Source: a virus
Lineage: Duplodnaviria > Caudoviricetes
DNA length: 55,232 nt
Direction: 5' to 3' (one strand)
Virus record (IMG/VR): IMGVR_UViG_3300021963_000158
Coordinates: 1-55,232 of that record
A model generated the notes under the pieces. The model did no database searches. It had not been told where the DNA came from and saw only the letters and a list, made by a program, of their open reading frames with translations. Numbering within the stretch: the stretch's first letter is position 1; every line of letters starts with the position of its first letter. Positions 11,557 to 19,732 of this stretch are shown in pieces. The position numbers and the translations under genes were made by a program.

Positions 11557-11706
11557 TTAACTTGGTATCATATGCGGTATGTATGGAACATTCCTGGGAC
11601 CGTGTCGCTGTTCAAGTAACCGTTTAGCTTCTTGAGCATTGGGTGCGTATACGCGATCTTTTTGTTCACCTTGCGGTGTTCTTACGGTTGTTTCATACAT
11701 TGGCAT
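11557..11706 (-). CDS. small hypothetical protein, 49 aa (MPMYETTVRTPQGEQKDRVYA...), not in ORF track
   Basis: manual translation; SD AAGGA; fills the spacer between two tRNAs. Confidence 0.65.
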   Translation of the reverse strand: MPMYETTVRTPQGEQKDRVYAPNAQEAKRLLEQRHGPRNVPYIPHMIPS

Positions 11707-11716
11707 ATAATGTCCT

Positions 11717-11791
11717 TGGTTGCGGGGGACGGATTCGCACCGCCGATCTTCAGGTTATGAGCCTGACGAGTTACTTCTTCTCCACCCCGCG
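11717..11791 (-). tRNA. tRNA-fMet(CAT), initiator type
   Basis: C1:A72 mismatch, CGCGGGG acceptor; T-loop TGCGAAT. Confidence 0.9.
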
Positions 11792-11798
11792 ATAAAAT

Positions 11799-11884
11799 TG
11801 GTGCGAGTACCCGGGGTCGAACCGGGATGCCATTACAGCGAGAGATTTTAAGTCTCTTGAGTCTACCAATTTCTCCATACTCGC
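11799..11884 (-). tRNA. tRNA-Leu(TAA)
   Basis: class II cloverleaf, CCA. Confidence 0.95.
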
Positions 11885-11894
11885 AATGTTCTAT

Positions 11895-12086
11895 TTAAGC
11901 CGCTTTGGCTTCTTTACGTGAGTTCTTGGTTTCTGTGATCTCGTTACGACGAGCTTTAACTGCTTTACCAAGTTCTGCTAGTGCTTTGCGGGCACGAGTA
12001 CCAGCGGCGCTGTTACCTGCTTCAAATTTAGTGTGCTCTGCCGTGTAGGCTTCAATTGCTGTTTCGATATCTGTATGTGCTGACAT
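11895..12086 (-). CDS. histone H1-like Hc1 family nucleoid protein
   Basis: GNSAAGTRARKALAEL motif. Confidence 0.75.
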   Translation of the reverse strand: MSAHTDIETAIEAYTAEHTKFEAGNSAAGTRARKALAELGKAVKARRNEITETKNSRKEAKAA

Positions 12087-12107
12087 GTTGTTTCCTTTGT
12101 TGAAATT

Positions 12108-12197
12108 TGGCGGAACGACTGAGACTCGAACTCAGAAAGCGGCTTTCACCACTCGACGGATTAGCAATCCGCTCCAATACCATTATGGGACCGTTCC
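12108..12197 (-). tRNA. tRNA-Ser(GCT)
   Basis: class II cloverleaf, G73, CCA. Confidence 0.95.
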
Positions 12198-12206
12198 TTG
12201 CTTAGC

Positions 12207-12848
12207 CTATATTATAACTAACTTCTTTATTCTTGTCAAGTCTAAAGGTGGGTTACATACAGGAATTTTTTGATATTTGTTATAATAGTTACATAGCAAT
12301 TCTAGTTCGGTACTTTTACACAAACTTGGGTGCATGGGCAAGTATGCTTGATAACACTGATCTATTAGGTCTTTACCAAACGCTTCTTTGAATGCTGTTC
12401 CGCATCCATATGGACTTAGCCTATTATTCTTAACTGTGCCTTTGAAGTCTGTTCTACGTCCAAGCATACAATGTCTTGTGACTGCACGACTTTCTCCAAT
12501 GTAAAATACTTCCGGTGCTAGGAAGTCTGCGGGACCTGTGGGCGGAGTATGAAATAAACCATACACATAGCATCCAGGATGCTTTTTGTCAAACCCCCAG
12601 GATGCATTCCATGGTTCATCAATTTGATGCCAGGTAGTAAACTCAGTAAGCTCAGGTTTAACTTGTACTGTGTCTTGCGTTATAAAAAAGTCCGGGCCAC
12701 TTAATTCTGCACACTTCTTCAAACTGTAGGCAAATTGGTCAACATCTTTACAATGCTGAATAATTTCGTACAACTGCTGTTCAGTAAGTCCATGGTTACC
12801 CGAACCCACTCTAATATTACGTGCTAGTATCGCCGCTTTATCAGTCAT
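12207..12848 (-). CDS. hypothetical protein, possible GIY-YIG-like nuclease
   Basis: GCYVYG...FYIGES...E...N spacing. Confidence 0.5.
   Translation of the reverse strand: MTDKAAILARNIRVGSGNHGLTEQQLYEIIQHCKDVDQFAYSLKKCAELSGPDFFITQDTVQVKPELTEFTTWHQIDEPWNASWGFDKKHPGCYVYGLFHTPPTGPADFLAPEVFYIGESRAVTRHCMLGRRTDFKGTVKNNRLSPYGCGTAFKEAFGKDLIDQCYQAYLPMHPSLCKSTELELLCNYYNKYQKIPVCNPPLDLTRIKKLVII
12211..12239 (-). promoter_or_regulatory. consensus sigma70 promoter TTGACA-17-TATAAT for tRNA-Ser(GCT) block
   Basis: perfect consensus inside the 3' end of the upstream ORF. Confidence 0.75.
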
Positions 12849-13731
12849 ATAACTTTTTAATAGTCTGCTCGTAACCGTTAGGAATAAGCATATCCCTGGG
12901 CAAATTAATCTGATGATTTAAACTTGCTATGGCCAAACGTTGTGCTCGAGGTCTATGTTTAGGCACTACATTACCTAACAACACATCAACGCAGAAGTCA
13001 TGATGTATAACTGCATCCGGATGTGGATCATCGTGTACGTAATCCATATATTCTACTGTTGTTTGTTTCTTAACCTTGTATTCCCACATCCCCGAATAGG
13101 TAACAGGGTCTAGCGCATTGGTAGGTCTAAGATAAAACTTATCCCAATCAATTGCTGTCAGCAAATTTTGCATGGGTTTTAAACGCATTATGGCAGCGGC
13201 TGTAACTATATCATTTTTGTTTAATTTGGTTTTATCTGCCCAAATGCTTTTCCAACTTGGCTCAAACTGTGGACGTACATCGTACCAAGGATTTTGCCAA
13301 AACATCATATGATATTTACATCCAATTGTATCGAGCAATAGTTGCATTTGATAGATGATGTTGAAGTTATCAACAATCATATGCGTTAGGCTAACATCAT
13401 GCTCTGGATGCAGTCTATAAAGACCGCGCCATGGATCAGACCCATGTTCGAGGTGTTCGTTGTTGTTAGGGAAAAATCCACGACAATTGTTCTTTTCGAT
13501 CCAGTCATTGTCGTACCACGCACATACACGATTGTTGCCAGTGAGCATAATATACACAGTATCGTCTTTGGTGATACTGTTACGCCGACTCAATAATTCC
13601 CAATAGATAGTTTCATTGGCAATACCCGGCCAACCTAGATTAACAACAGGCTCTGCAGAATATTCTGCAAGCCAATCGCTCCATGTGTGCCAGAACCATT
13701 TAGTAAAACTACAACCGAGAGTGTATGTCAT
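12841..13731 (-). CDS. SGNH-hydrolase-like hypothetical protein
   Basis: LGCSFT, NLG..G..N, DPHP motifs. Confidence 0.55.
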   Translation of the reverse strand: MTYTLGCSFTKWFWHTWSDWLAEYSAEPVVNLGWPGIANETIYWELLSRRNSITKDDTVYIMLTGNNRVCAWYDNDWIEKNNCRGFFPNNNEHLEHGSDPWRGLYRLHPEHDVSLTHMIVDNFNIIYQMQLLLDTIGCKYHMMFWQNPWYDVRPQFEPSWKSIWADKTKLNKNDIVTAAAIMRLKPMQNLLTAIDWDKFYLRPTNALDPVTYSGMWEYKVKKQTTVEYMDYVHDDPHPDAVIHHDFCVDVLLGNVVPKHRPRAQRLAIASLNHQINLPRDMLIPNGYEQTIKKLYD

Positions 13732-13737
13732 TGAATT

Positions 13738-13822
13738 TGGTGCGGATGGTGAGACTCGAACTCACACACCTTTCGGCGACGGCTTCTAAGACCGTTGCGG
13801 CTACCAATTACGCCACATCCGC
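13738..13822 (-). tRNA. tRNA-Leu(TAG)
   Basis: class II cloverleaf, CCA. Confidence 0.95.
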
Positions 13823-13832
13823 ATGTACTTAC

Positions 13833-14128
13833 TTATAATATAAAAAGTTAGGCACTTAAAATCTGCTTTCCAACCGCGGACCAATATGCCCCCAAGTACG
13901 TCTCTCAGGAATGCCAACTATTCAAGTACTAACTGCCTGTAAGATGGCCTAAATGAATAGCTTGTTATCGGAATCTCAGGAGTTCATTGACTTTCAAAAT
14001 AACGGTGTCGCTTCGGGAATACCCGATATTCACAGAATTCTAGAGCGGCTTCTTACAAATGTCATTTACTATCCCTACCACTAGTATCAGATGGTTGTCG
14101 AACCAGTGCCTAACTTTTTATATTATAA
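13833..14128 (-). ncRNA. candidate structured ncRNA closed by a perfect 24-bp terminal helix
   Basis: inverted repeat 13833-13856/14105-14128; own promoter; internal hairpins; no credible ORF. Confidence 0.6.
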
Positions 14129-14136
14129 CAGTACGT

Positions 14137-14165
14137 AGTATATGTGAAATACCACGTACTGTCAA
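14137..14165 (-). promoter_or_regulatory. sigma70 promoter TTGACA-17-TATACT overlapped by an inverted repeat (ACAGTACGT...ACGTACTGT)
   Basis: motif match; predicted start site near 14130. Confidence 0.75.
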
Positions 14166-14168
14166 CCT

Positions 14169-14753
14169 CTACATTGTGGGACCATTGCCGTTTTTAAAAC
14201 CAACACTACCGCCTTCTGATTCGATGCGCTTGATAACGTCTTCAAATAAGATAGGTGCGTAGTCTGTGGTCTCTACACATACACAATGGTATCTAGGATC
14301 AACAACTGGAACACCATACTTACCAACTGGTTGCATCATCACTCGATTAGCATGCAAGTGTCCGTGAATGTTAACCCCAAATCGTCCCAGCGATTCTGTA
14401 TGAATTGGAATATGGCTCAAGATCATTCCGTTCATAACATGGTATGCACGTAATTCACGAAAGTGTTCTCTGTATTCCTCATCACGGAAGATGTCATGGT
14501 TGCCGCGGATCAACACCTTGTCACCGTTTAATCTTGACATGATTTTCAATGCTCGGCGGTTGATCACAACATCTCCCAAGTGGTAAACCTTGTCGTTGGG
14601 CCTAACACGTTCGTTCCAAGCCTTGACCATAAACTCATCCATCTCCTCTGCGTTGTCGAACGGGCGTAACTTGGTTACACCATCATTACGCATAAAATGG
14701 CAAACACCAGCATGTCCAAAATGTGTATCACTAACTAAAAAAACTGCTGGCAT
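14169..14753 (-). CDS. calcineurin-like metallophosphoesterase
   Basis: SDTHFGH, HLGD, GNHD, HGHLH; start revised to MPAVF. Confidence 0.9.
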   Translation of the reverse strand: MPAVFLVSDTHFGHAGVCHFMRNDGVTKLRPFDNAEEMDEFMVKAWNERVRPNDKVYHLGDVVINRRALKIMSRLNGDKVLIRGNHDIFRDEEYREHFRELRAYHVMNGMILSHIPIHTESLGRFGVNIHGHLHANRVMMQPVGKYGVPVVDPRYHCVCVETTDYAPILFEDVIKRIESEGGSVGFKNGNGPTM

Positions 14754-14763
14754 AATATACTCC

Positions 14764-15225
14764 TTATGTGTACCAGACTTCGTCAAACCCTTCTTCTTCG
14801 GTGGGCGTAACATAATCTTCGATCATTTTATCAACCACTGCTTGTGGTATTACTTTATCCATCCTTGAGGATAATCTCATGTTTAGTTCTTCTGCAGCGG
14901 GTGTTGGAAACACTACAGCAATTTTATGGTATCCGGGCAACATTACAAGTTTCTTTTTGCGACTAGCAACTGTGGTACTAGTTTGGTCCCAGATAATATC
15001 TCGGCCTTCATCTCGTGCAGCAATGACTTCTTCGACCATTAACTCAACTGCGGTAGGCATGTAATCATCAAATACTTCGATATACATTTTATCAACAGAT
15101 GCCGCATAAGCTTCAACTATTTGGTCTGTGCTAATGTATGCACACTCAGCGGCCCATTCTTGGTCGGCTACCCATGTGCTTTTTCCTGCGGCAGGAACTC
15201 CAACTAATACATATACTTTTGGCAT
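14764..15225 (-). CDS. polynucleotide 5'-kinase-like P-loop kinase
   Basis: GVPAAGKST, ISTD, IIWDQT...SR. Confidence 0.8.
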   Translation of the reverse strand: MPKVYVLVGVPAAGKSTWVADQEWAAECAYISTDQIVEAYAASVDKMYIEVFDDYMPTAVELMVEEVIAARDEGRDIIWDQTSTTVASRKKKLVMLPGYHKIAVVFPTPAAEELNMRLSSRMDKVIPQAVVDKMIEDYVTPTEEEGFDEVWYT

Positions 15226-15692
15226 TATTCTACACTCCTAAATGTGCGCCAATCATCAATGTTTGGCTTTTCGTTTTCATCATAGGTCCAATCCAAGACT
15301 CGCATCATGAGATGCTTGACCAGCAGATTGGGACTACGCCATCTTCCTACATCATCGAAGCCCATCATTACACCAACTTCGCAAACTGCACCACTACGAC
15401 AAATACCTGCAAAGCAATGAACAACAACATTCATTTGATTGTCCTTTGCATGCTGTAGCAAACGCACAAGCTCTACAGCTTGCTCGTAACTACATTTCAT
15501 TTCTTCTTCAAGTACTTCGTCGTGTTCTTCTACATCAAGGAATTCAAAGTTGTGAATTTCTTTAAATGTATGTGCGGGTGTTGGACGCCAACTTGCGGGA
15601 TCAACAATGCTGATCAGCATACTGTTGGGGCCGGCGTCATGATGAAATCTTTTCGGGATATCATCAGCGGCTACGTTTTCAATCCATGGCAT
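15225..15692 (-). CDS. tyrosine/dual-specificity phosphatase-like protein
   Basis: VHCFAGICRS (CX5R). Confidence 0.85.
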   Translation of the reverse strand: MPWIENVAADDIPKRFHHDAGPNSMLISIVDPASWRPTPAHTFKEIHNFEFLDVEEHDEVLEEEMKCSYEQAVELVRLLQHAKDNQMNVVVHCFAGICRSGAVCEVGVMMGFDDVGRWRSPNLLVKHLMMRVLDWTYDENEKPNIDDWRTFRSVE

Positions 15693-15712
15693 AATGATAC
15701 CTTTAAGTTAAA

Positions 15713-15788
15713 TGGAGCGGGAGGCGAGAGTCGAACTCGTCTATTTCTGCTTGGAAGGCAGACGTGTAACCAAAAACACTTCACCCGC
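15713..15788 (-). tRNA. tRNA-Gly(TCC)
   Basis: cloverleaf, U73, CCA; A8/U14. Confidence 0.92.
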
Positions 15789-15797
15789 AATATTGCT

Positions 15798-15826
15798 ATT
15801 GTAACACTTATTTAATTAAATGTCAA
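15798..15826 (-). promoter_or_regulatory. sigma70 promoter TTGACA-17-TACAAT
   Basis: motif match upstream of tRNA-Gly and the phosphatase/kinase block. Confidence 0.7.
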
Positions 15827-15835
15827 TGATTATTT

Positions 15836-15909
15836 TGGCGACCCCCCGGGGACTCGAACCCCGACTAACGGTTTTGGAGACCGCAGTACTGCCATTATAC
15901 TAGAGAGCC
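15836..15909 (-). tRNA. tRNA-Trp(CCA)
   Basis: cloverleaf, G73, CCA. Confidence 0.93.
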
Positions 15910-15933
15910 TAGAGCCTATATATAAATATAGTT

Positions 15934-16647
15934 ATGAAAAATTTCCATCGCTTCCAAGAATTTGCCAATCAAGAACTATTATGGAGTCCGGGTGATTCCG
16001 AAGAACTGTATTTAAATAATCTAAAAACTAATTACGATAAATTAAAAGATAATGGATGGATTAATCATTCGTTTACTTACAAATATAACAGTCACGGGTT
16101 TCGTTGCAACGAGTTTGATGCGTCACCCTCAATTGTTGCACTCGGATGCAGTAATACCATGGGTACCGGATTACCAATAGAACATACTTGGTCATACATT
16201 TTAGCAGAAAATTTAAATTTAACTTGTTTTAATCTAGGTGTCGGCGGTGGAGCAAATGATACTTCGTTTAGACTTGCATATATTTGGTTAGAACTAATTA
16301 AACCTAAAATTGTTGTATTATGGAATCCACACCCTGACCGAATTGAACTGTTAGATGAAACAAAAAATTATACATATCAACCGATCAACCCTGATATTAG
16401 GATGCCAGGTAGTGATTGGTATAAACACTGGGTTAGTACTAGTGATAATGGGGAATTAAACAAAATAAAAAATAGTTATGCTATTGCCCAATTATGCAAA
16501 AGACTTGGTATTAAATTTTTTTCTAAGGAACAAATCTTAACTGAAGATTTCCCTTATGTCCTCGGGAATGATCGTGCCCGTGATTTACTGCATTCCGGTA
16601 GTCAATCTAATCTAAATATAGCAAATTGTATTTTAGACTATTTGTAA
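15934..16647 (+). CDS. SGNH-like hypothetical protein on the strand opposite the tRNA array
   Basis: YNSHGFR, ALGCSNTMG, NLGVGG, ARDLLH; TATAAATA at 15921-15928. Confidence 0.75.
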   Translation: MKNFHRFQEFANQELLWSPGDSEELYLNNLKTNYDKLKDNGWINHSFTYKYNSHGFRCNEFDASPSIVALGCSNTMGTGLPIEHTWSYILAENLNLTCFNLGVGGGANDTSFRLAYIWLELIKPKIVVLWNPHPDRIELLDETKNYTYQPINPDIRMPGSDWYKHWVSTSDNGELNKIKNSYAIAQLCKRLGIKFFSKEQILTEDFPYVLGNDRARDLLHSGSQSNLNIANCILDYL

Positions 16648-16648
16648 A

Positions 16649-16724
16649 TGGTAGGACCTGCCAGGTTCGAACTGACGACATTCTGCGTGTAAGGCAGACG
16701 CTCTACCAACTGAGCTAAGGTCCT
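16649..16724 (-). tRNA. tRNA-Val(TAC)
   Basis: cloverleaf, CCA. Confidence 0.95.
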
Positions 16725-16729
16725 AAATT

Positions 16730-16805
16730 TGGAGCGGCTAACCGGGTTCGAACCGGTGACGTCTTGCTTGGCAAGCAAGTACTCTACCAACTGAGCTACA
16801 GCCGC
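16730..16805 (-). tRNA. tRNA-Gly(GCC)
   Basis: cloverleaf, CCA. Confidence 0.95.
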
Positions 16806-16810
16806 ATGTT

Positions 16811-18247
16811 TTATTTAACACAGAGGAATGTAACAAATCCCCGATCTGAGTTAATTATATCTGAAGTTGCAAATCCTGTCAACCTCAATTGTTTCAAATA
16901 CCATTCAACGGATACACTATGCATAACGCCTACCAGTTTTTGTTCTTTTTCTTTGATGTACTCTTCAGATAATCCCTGTTGTCGTTTAAAATCATAGTAG
17001 AGATTTTTAACTATGTTGGACTGTGTGGTTTTGTCTGACAGTATTAAATATCCACTGGGTGTTAAACTGCGGTATATATCCTGTAGGTACTGTGCCTTGT
17101 CTTTTACAAAATGTAATGTCCAATTGGCCAATACTAATTTGTATTTGTCTGCAGGAAAGGTATCGCTGTTAATAACACAGTTTGAATGTAAACTGTGCGC
17201 TATCATAGCAGAGCTATTATCTACACCAACTACGTCAGTGTATCCTGCATTGATAAATTTATCTATAGTAAATCCTAGCGCACTCCCAACATCAATGACT
17301 CGATCAGTTTTGTTGATATTCTCATTGGCAAAATCCAAACACCAATCTATAACATGATTGTATGATGGTATGTTTGCAACTGCTTCTTCTTGAAACCGTA
17401 CAGCCACAGTATCATCAAATACCCAAGCATTTTCTTGTTTAATAACTTGTACATTATCAACAACTGTTTGATGTAATGTAGTTAATGTTGTGGTTGTACG
17501 TTGATACCTTGCCATATAACGCAATGACGATGTTCTACCATTTTCGTACAAAGTATCTTTGGTGTTATAGGCATCATGTACACCTGTTATTAACTCAGGT
17601 AATAACAAAGGCTCTGTTCTTTGAAAAGAACAAGTTCCCATTATTAAATCTAATGCTGGTGTAGAAATCCTTGCCCTAACACCGTAATACGATTCTTCAA
17701 ATTTATTATCAGTGCCGGGATTGTTCATATACCCACGGCGGTCAATTAATATCTCACCAAAGTTATCATTGTAACTAAATGTTGGCCAGTTTAAATTGTC
17801 AAACACCACTGCTTCTTTGGTCACTAGATTGATTTTTTTAATAATAGATATAATATCAAGAAAGCAATAAATGACCCCGGATGCAACAACATAATCGTAC
17901 GTTTTGCCAACGGCAATTGCATTGTCTAAAAATTCTTCTATGTCTTGTTGTACAATTTTAAATTGATGTTGCACCCAATATCTAGACAATATACTGTTAC
18001 TATGTTCAACATAATAGTCTTGAATTTCAACTCCGGTATACTCCCTGGCACCATGTGTTAACGCATAATGCCCTGCGGCACCCAGGCAACTTCCTAGATC
18101 TAACACAGATCGGCCTGCAATCAATTCTGCAGGCAACTGTACTTGCAGTCTCTTGTACAAAGATTCTGCTGTTACTATGGCAAATGTTGGGCGAAGCCTA
18201 CGTGGATCCATACTAATAAACTCAGTATGCTCGTTGAAAATGTTCAT
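16811..18247 (-). CDS. two-domain SAM-dependent methyltransferase with CmoA-like C-terminal domain
   Basis: N-terminal VLDLGSCLG; C-terminal WVFDDTVAVRF...IPSY, GVDNSSAMI, WTLHFV, YDFKRQQGLSE; start revised to MNIFNE behind TATAAATA. Confidence 0.8.
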   Translation of the reverse strand: MNIFNEHTEFISMDPRRLRPTFAIVTAESLYKRLQVQLPAELIAGRSVLDLGSCLGAAGHYALTHGAREYTGVEIQDYYVEHSNSILSRYWVQHQFKIVQQDIEEFLDNAIAVGKTYDYVVASGVIYCFLDIISIIKKINLVTKEAVVFDNLNWPTFSYNDNFGEILIDRRGYMNNPGTDNKFEESYYGVRARISTPALDLIMGTCSFQRTEPLLLPELITGVHDAYNTKDTLYENGRTSSLRYMARYQRTTTTLTTLHQTVVDNVQVIKQENAWVFDDTVAVRFQEEAVANIPSYNHVIDWCLDFANENINKTDRVIDVGSALGFTIDKFINAGYTDVVGVDNSSAMIAHSLHSNCVINSDTFPADKYKLVLANWTLHFVKDKAQYLQDIYRSLTPSGYLILSDKTTQSNIVKNLYYDFKRQQGLSEEYIKEKEQKLVGVMHSVSVEWYLKQLRLTGFATSDIINSDRGFVTFLCVK

Positions 18248-18260
18248 ACGGTATTTATAG

Positions 18261-18352
18261 TGGCGGAAGGCAGAAGAGTCGAACTCCATCCCATTTCTGA
18301 GAACCTGGTTTTCAAGGCCAGTCGCAGGACCATCCCCGCTGCATTACCTTCC
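18261..18352 (-). tRNA. tRNA-Ser(TGA), 8/4 acceptor/T-stem variant
   Basis: 8-bp acceptor GGAAGGTA/TGCCTTCC, 4-bp T-stem, long variable arm, G73. Confidence 0.85.
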
Positions 18353-18357
18353 TTATT

Positions 18358-18421
18358 TGGTGCAACCCCCAGGGATCGAACCTGGTTCAATGGCTCTTCA
18401 GACCACATCAGCTAGAGTTGC
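18358..18421 (-). pseudogene. tRNA-Phe(GAA) lacking the D-arm (64 nt)
   Basis: acceptor, anticodon and T arms intact; only 8 nt between acceptor and anticodon stems. Confidence 0.75.
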
Positions 18422-18423
18422 AT

Positions 18424-18498
18424 TGGTCCGGCCTACAGGAATCGAACCCATATTCACGGTGTAGAAGACCGCTGTATTATCCATTATACTAAGGCCGG
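18424..18498 (-). tRNA. tRNA-Arg(TCT)
   Basis: cloverleaf, CCA. Confidence 0.92.
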
Positions 18499-18504
18499 CT
18501 AAAT

Positions 18505-18578
18505 TGGTGCCCCTACACAGAATCGAACTGCAAACTACGGATTACAAAACCGTCGTTATACCATTTAACTATAAGGGC
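18505..18578 (-). tRNA. tRNA-Thr(TGT)
   Basis: cloverleaf, CCA. Confidence 0.92.
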
Positions 18579-18584
18579 AATATC

Positions 18585-18658
18585 TGGCACCCGGAGTAGG
18601 AATCGAACCTACAATAGCAGAGTCAAAGTCTGTTGTGTTACCACTACACTATCCGGGA
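18585..18658 (-). tRNA. tRNA-Gln(TTG)
   Basis: cloverleaf, G73, CCA. Confidence 0.93.
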
Positions 18659-18666
18659 TTAAATTT

Positions 18667-18742
18667 TGGTGGTGATAGAGAGATTCGAACTCCCGACAGT
18701 CTCCGTATGAAGGAGGTGTTCTACCAACTGAACTACATCACC
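18667..18742 (-). tRNA. tRNA-Met(CAT), elongator type
   Basis: cloverleaf, CCA. Confidence 0.88.
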
Positions 18743-18744
18743 AG

Positions 18745-18820
18745 TGGGGTAACCAATGGGTAACGATCCCATACTACCAGTTTCACAGACTAGGGTGCAA
18801 ACCTCTACACTATGGTCACC
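18745..18820 (-). tRNA. tRNA-His(GTG)
   Basis: G-1:C73; atypical T-loop ATCGTTA. Confidence 0.88.
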
Positions 18821-19338
18821 ATATCTTTAAATTCTACGCACTTGGGGCACTTCCCGCAGTCAGAGTCTGTTATACACCAACTAACCAACGGCTGGATATT
18901 TTTAGGAATTAAACTCCACTGTTCGGTCTTGGATAGATGATCCAAGGGATGATTGAATGCAACTGCGGGATGCATTGTCGCCCATACTGCCATCATTTCT
19001 TCAATGAAAGGTTTTATATTTCCACTTGGTTCTGCGCTGTTACGTCCACACCAAATTTCTGTAACACTAGAATCTCTGGCCACCCAAAGACTAGCAACAA
19101 ATATAAAATATCTCATCTGATGCACAAACTCACCACCACCGGCAGGTATAGACAAGGTGCTGTACTGTACCTGCTTGTTAAATGCTTGTGCTATTTTTTC
19201 TGCTTTAATGCTGTTAGGCGACAATATTGCGCCAGGATAGACGTGATCAATGTTTAAAAGAATATCTGCGTCTCGAGCAATAGTCAGCATAGCTGTACTT
19301 TCTACGCCGCCGCTGAATAAAATTAAAGCCTTAGACAT
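18805..19338 (-). CDS. QueC-like PP-loop ATPase (7-cyano-7-deazaguanine synthase-like)
   Basis: ALILFSGGVEST, PLDHLSK, SWC...CGKCPKC. Confidence 0.75.
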   Translation of the reverse strand: MSKALILFSGGVESTAMLTIARDADILLNIDHVYPGAILSPNSIKAEKIAQAFNKQVQYSTLSIPAGGGEFVHQMRYFIFVASLWVARDSSVTEIWCGRNSAEPSGNIKPFIEEMMAVWATMHPAVAFNHPLDHLSKTEQWSLIPKNIQPLVSWCITDSDCGKCPKCVEFKDMVTIV

Positions 19339-19394
19339 TGTTATTCCTTATTGTACTAAATATTTTTGTGAGAACCTATCAAAATCTTACCCCA

Positions 19395-19532
19395 ATGGGA
19401 CTTAACTTTCAATTAAGTTTAAGCAATGACGGTGTCTGTTGTATCCTAGTATACGACATTTACAACTGCGAAGCAACCATGCGGTACTTTACCAATGTAA
19501 ACAAGGCACTTAGGTTTATTAATAATCTTTGA
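19395..19532 (+). CDS. small hypothetical protein (MGLNFQLSLS...)
   Basis: short ORF; TAAATA upstream. Confidence 0.45.
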   Translation: MGLNFQLSLSNDGVCCILVYDIYNCEATMRYFTNVNKALRFINNL

Positions 19533-19533
19533 A

Positions 19534-19719
19534 TTATGCTCGAACGTCAACAGTTCGAGGTTTGACTGTGGGATCTAATTCGCCCATTTTGTTGTACAAG
19601 TATTGCACAACTTCTATAACTTTCTTTTGCGAAACAGGATCAACTAGAGTTTTGTACTCTATGTTACGGAATTGGTTATAAACCATATCCCAATTGTTTG
19701 CTATGCTTTGTACTATCAT
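19534..19719 (-). CDS. small hypothetical protein
   Basis: ORF directly behind ATAAATA. Confidence 0.6.
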   Translation of the reverse strand: MIVQSIANNWDMVYNQFRNIEYKTLVDPVSQKKVIEVVQYLYNKMGELDPTVKPRTVDVRA

Positions 19720-19732
19720 ATAGTATTTATTT

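Noticed and set aside
13833-14128. tmRNA (standard or permuted) or MITE
   Set aside because: No Ala-type acceptor with T-arm and CCA, no tag frame; single copy in the window, no evident target duplication, and it has a dedicated promoter.
18248-18289. N-terminal extension MEFDSSAFRHYKYR of the methyltransferase
   Set aside because: Derived from the tRNA-Ser T-arm; TATAAATA supports the start at 18247.
18261-18352. tRNA-Sec
   Set aside because: Sec-like outline, but the anticodon is TGA, not TCA.
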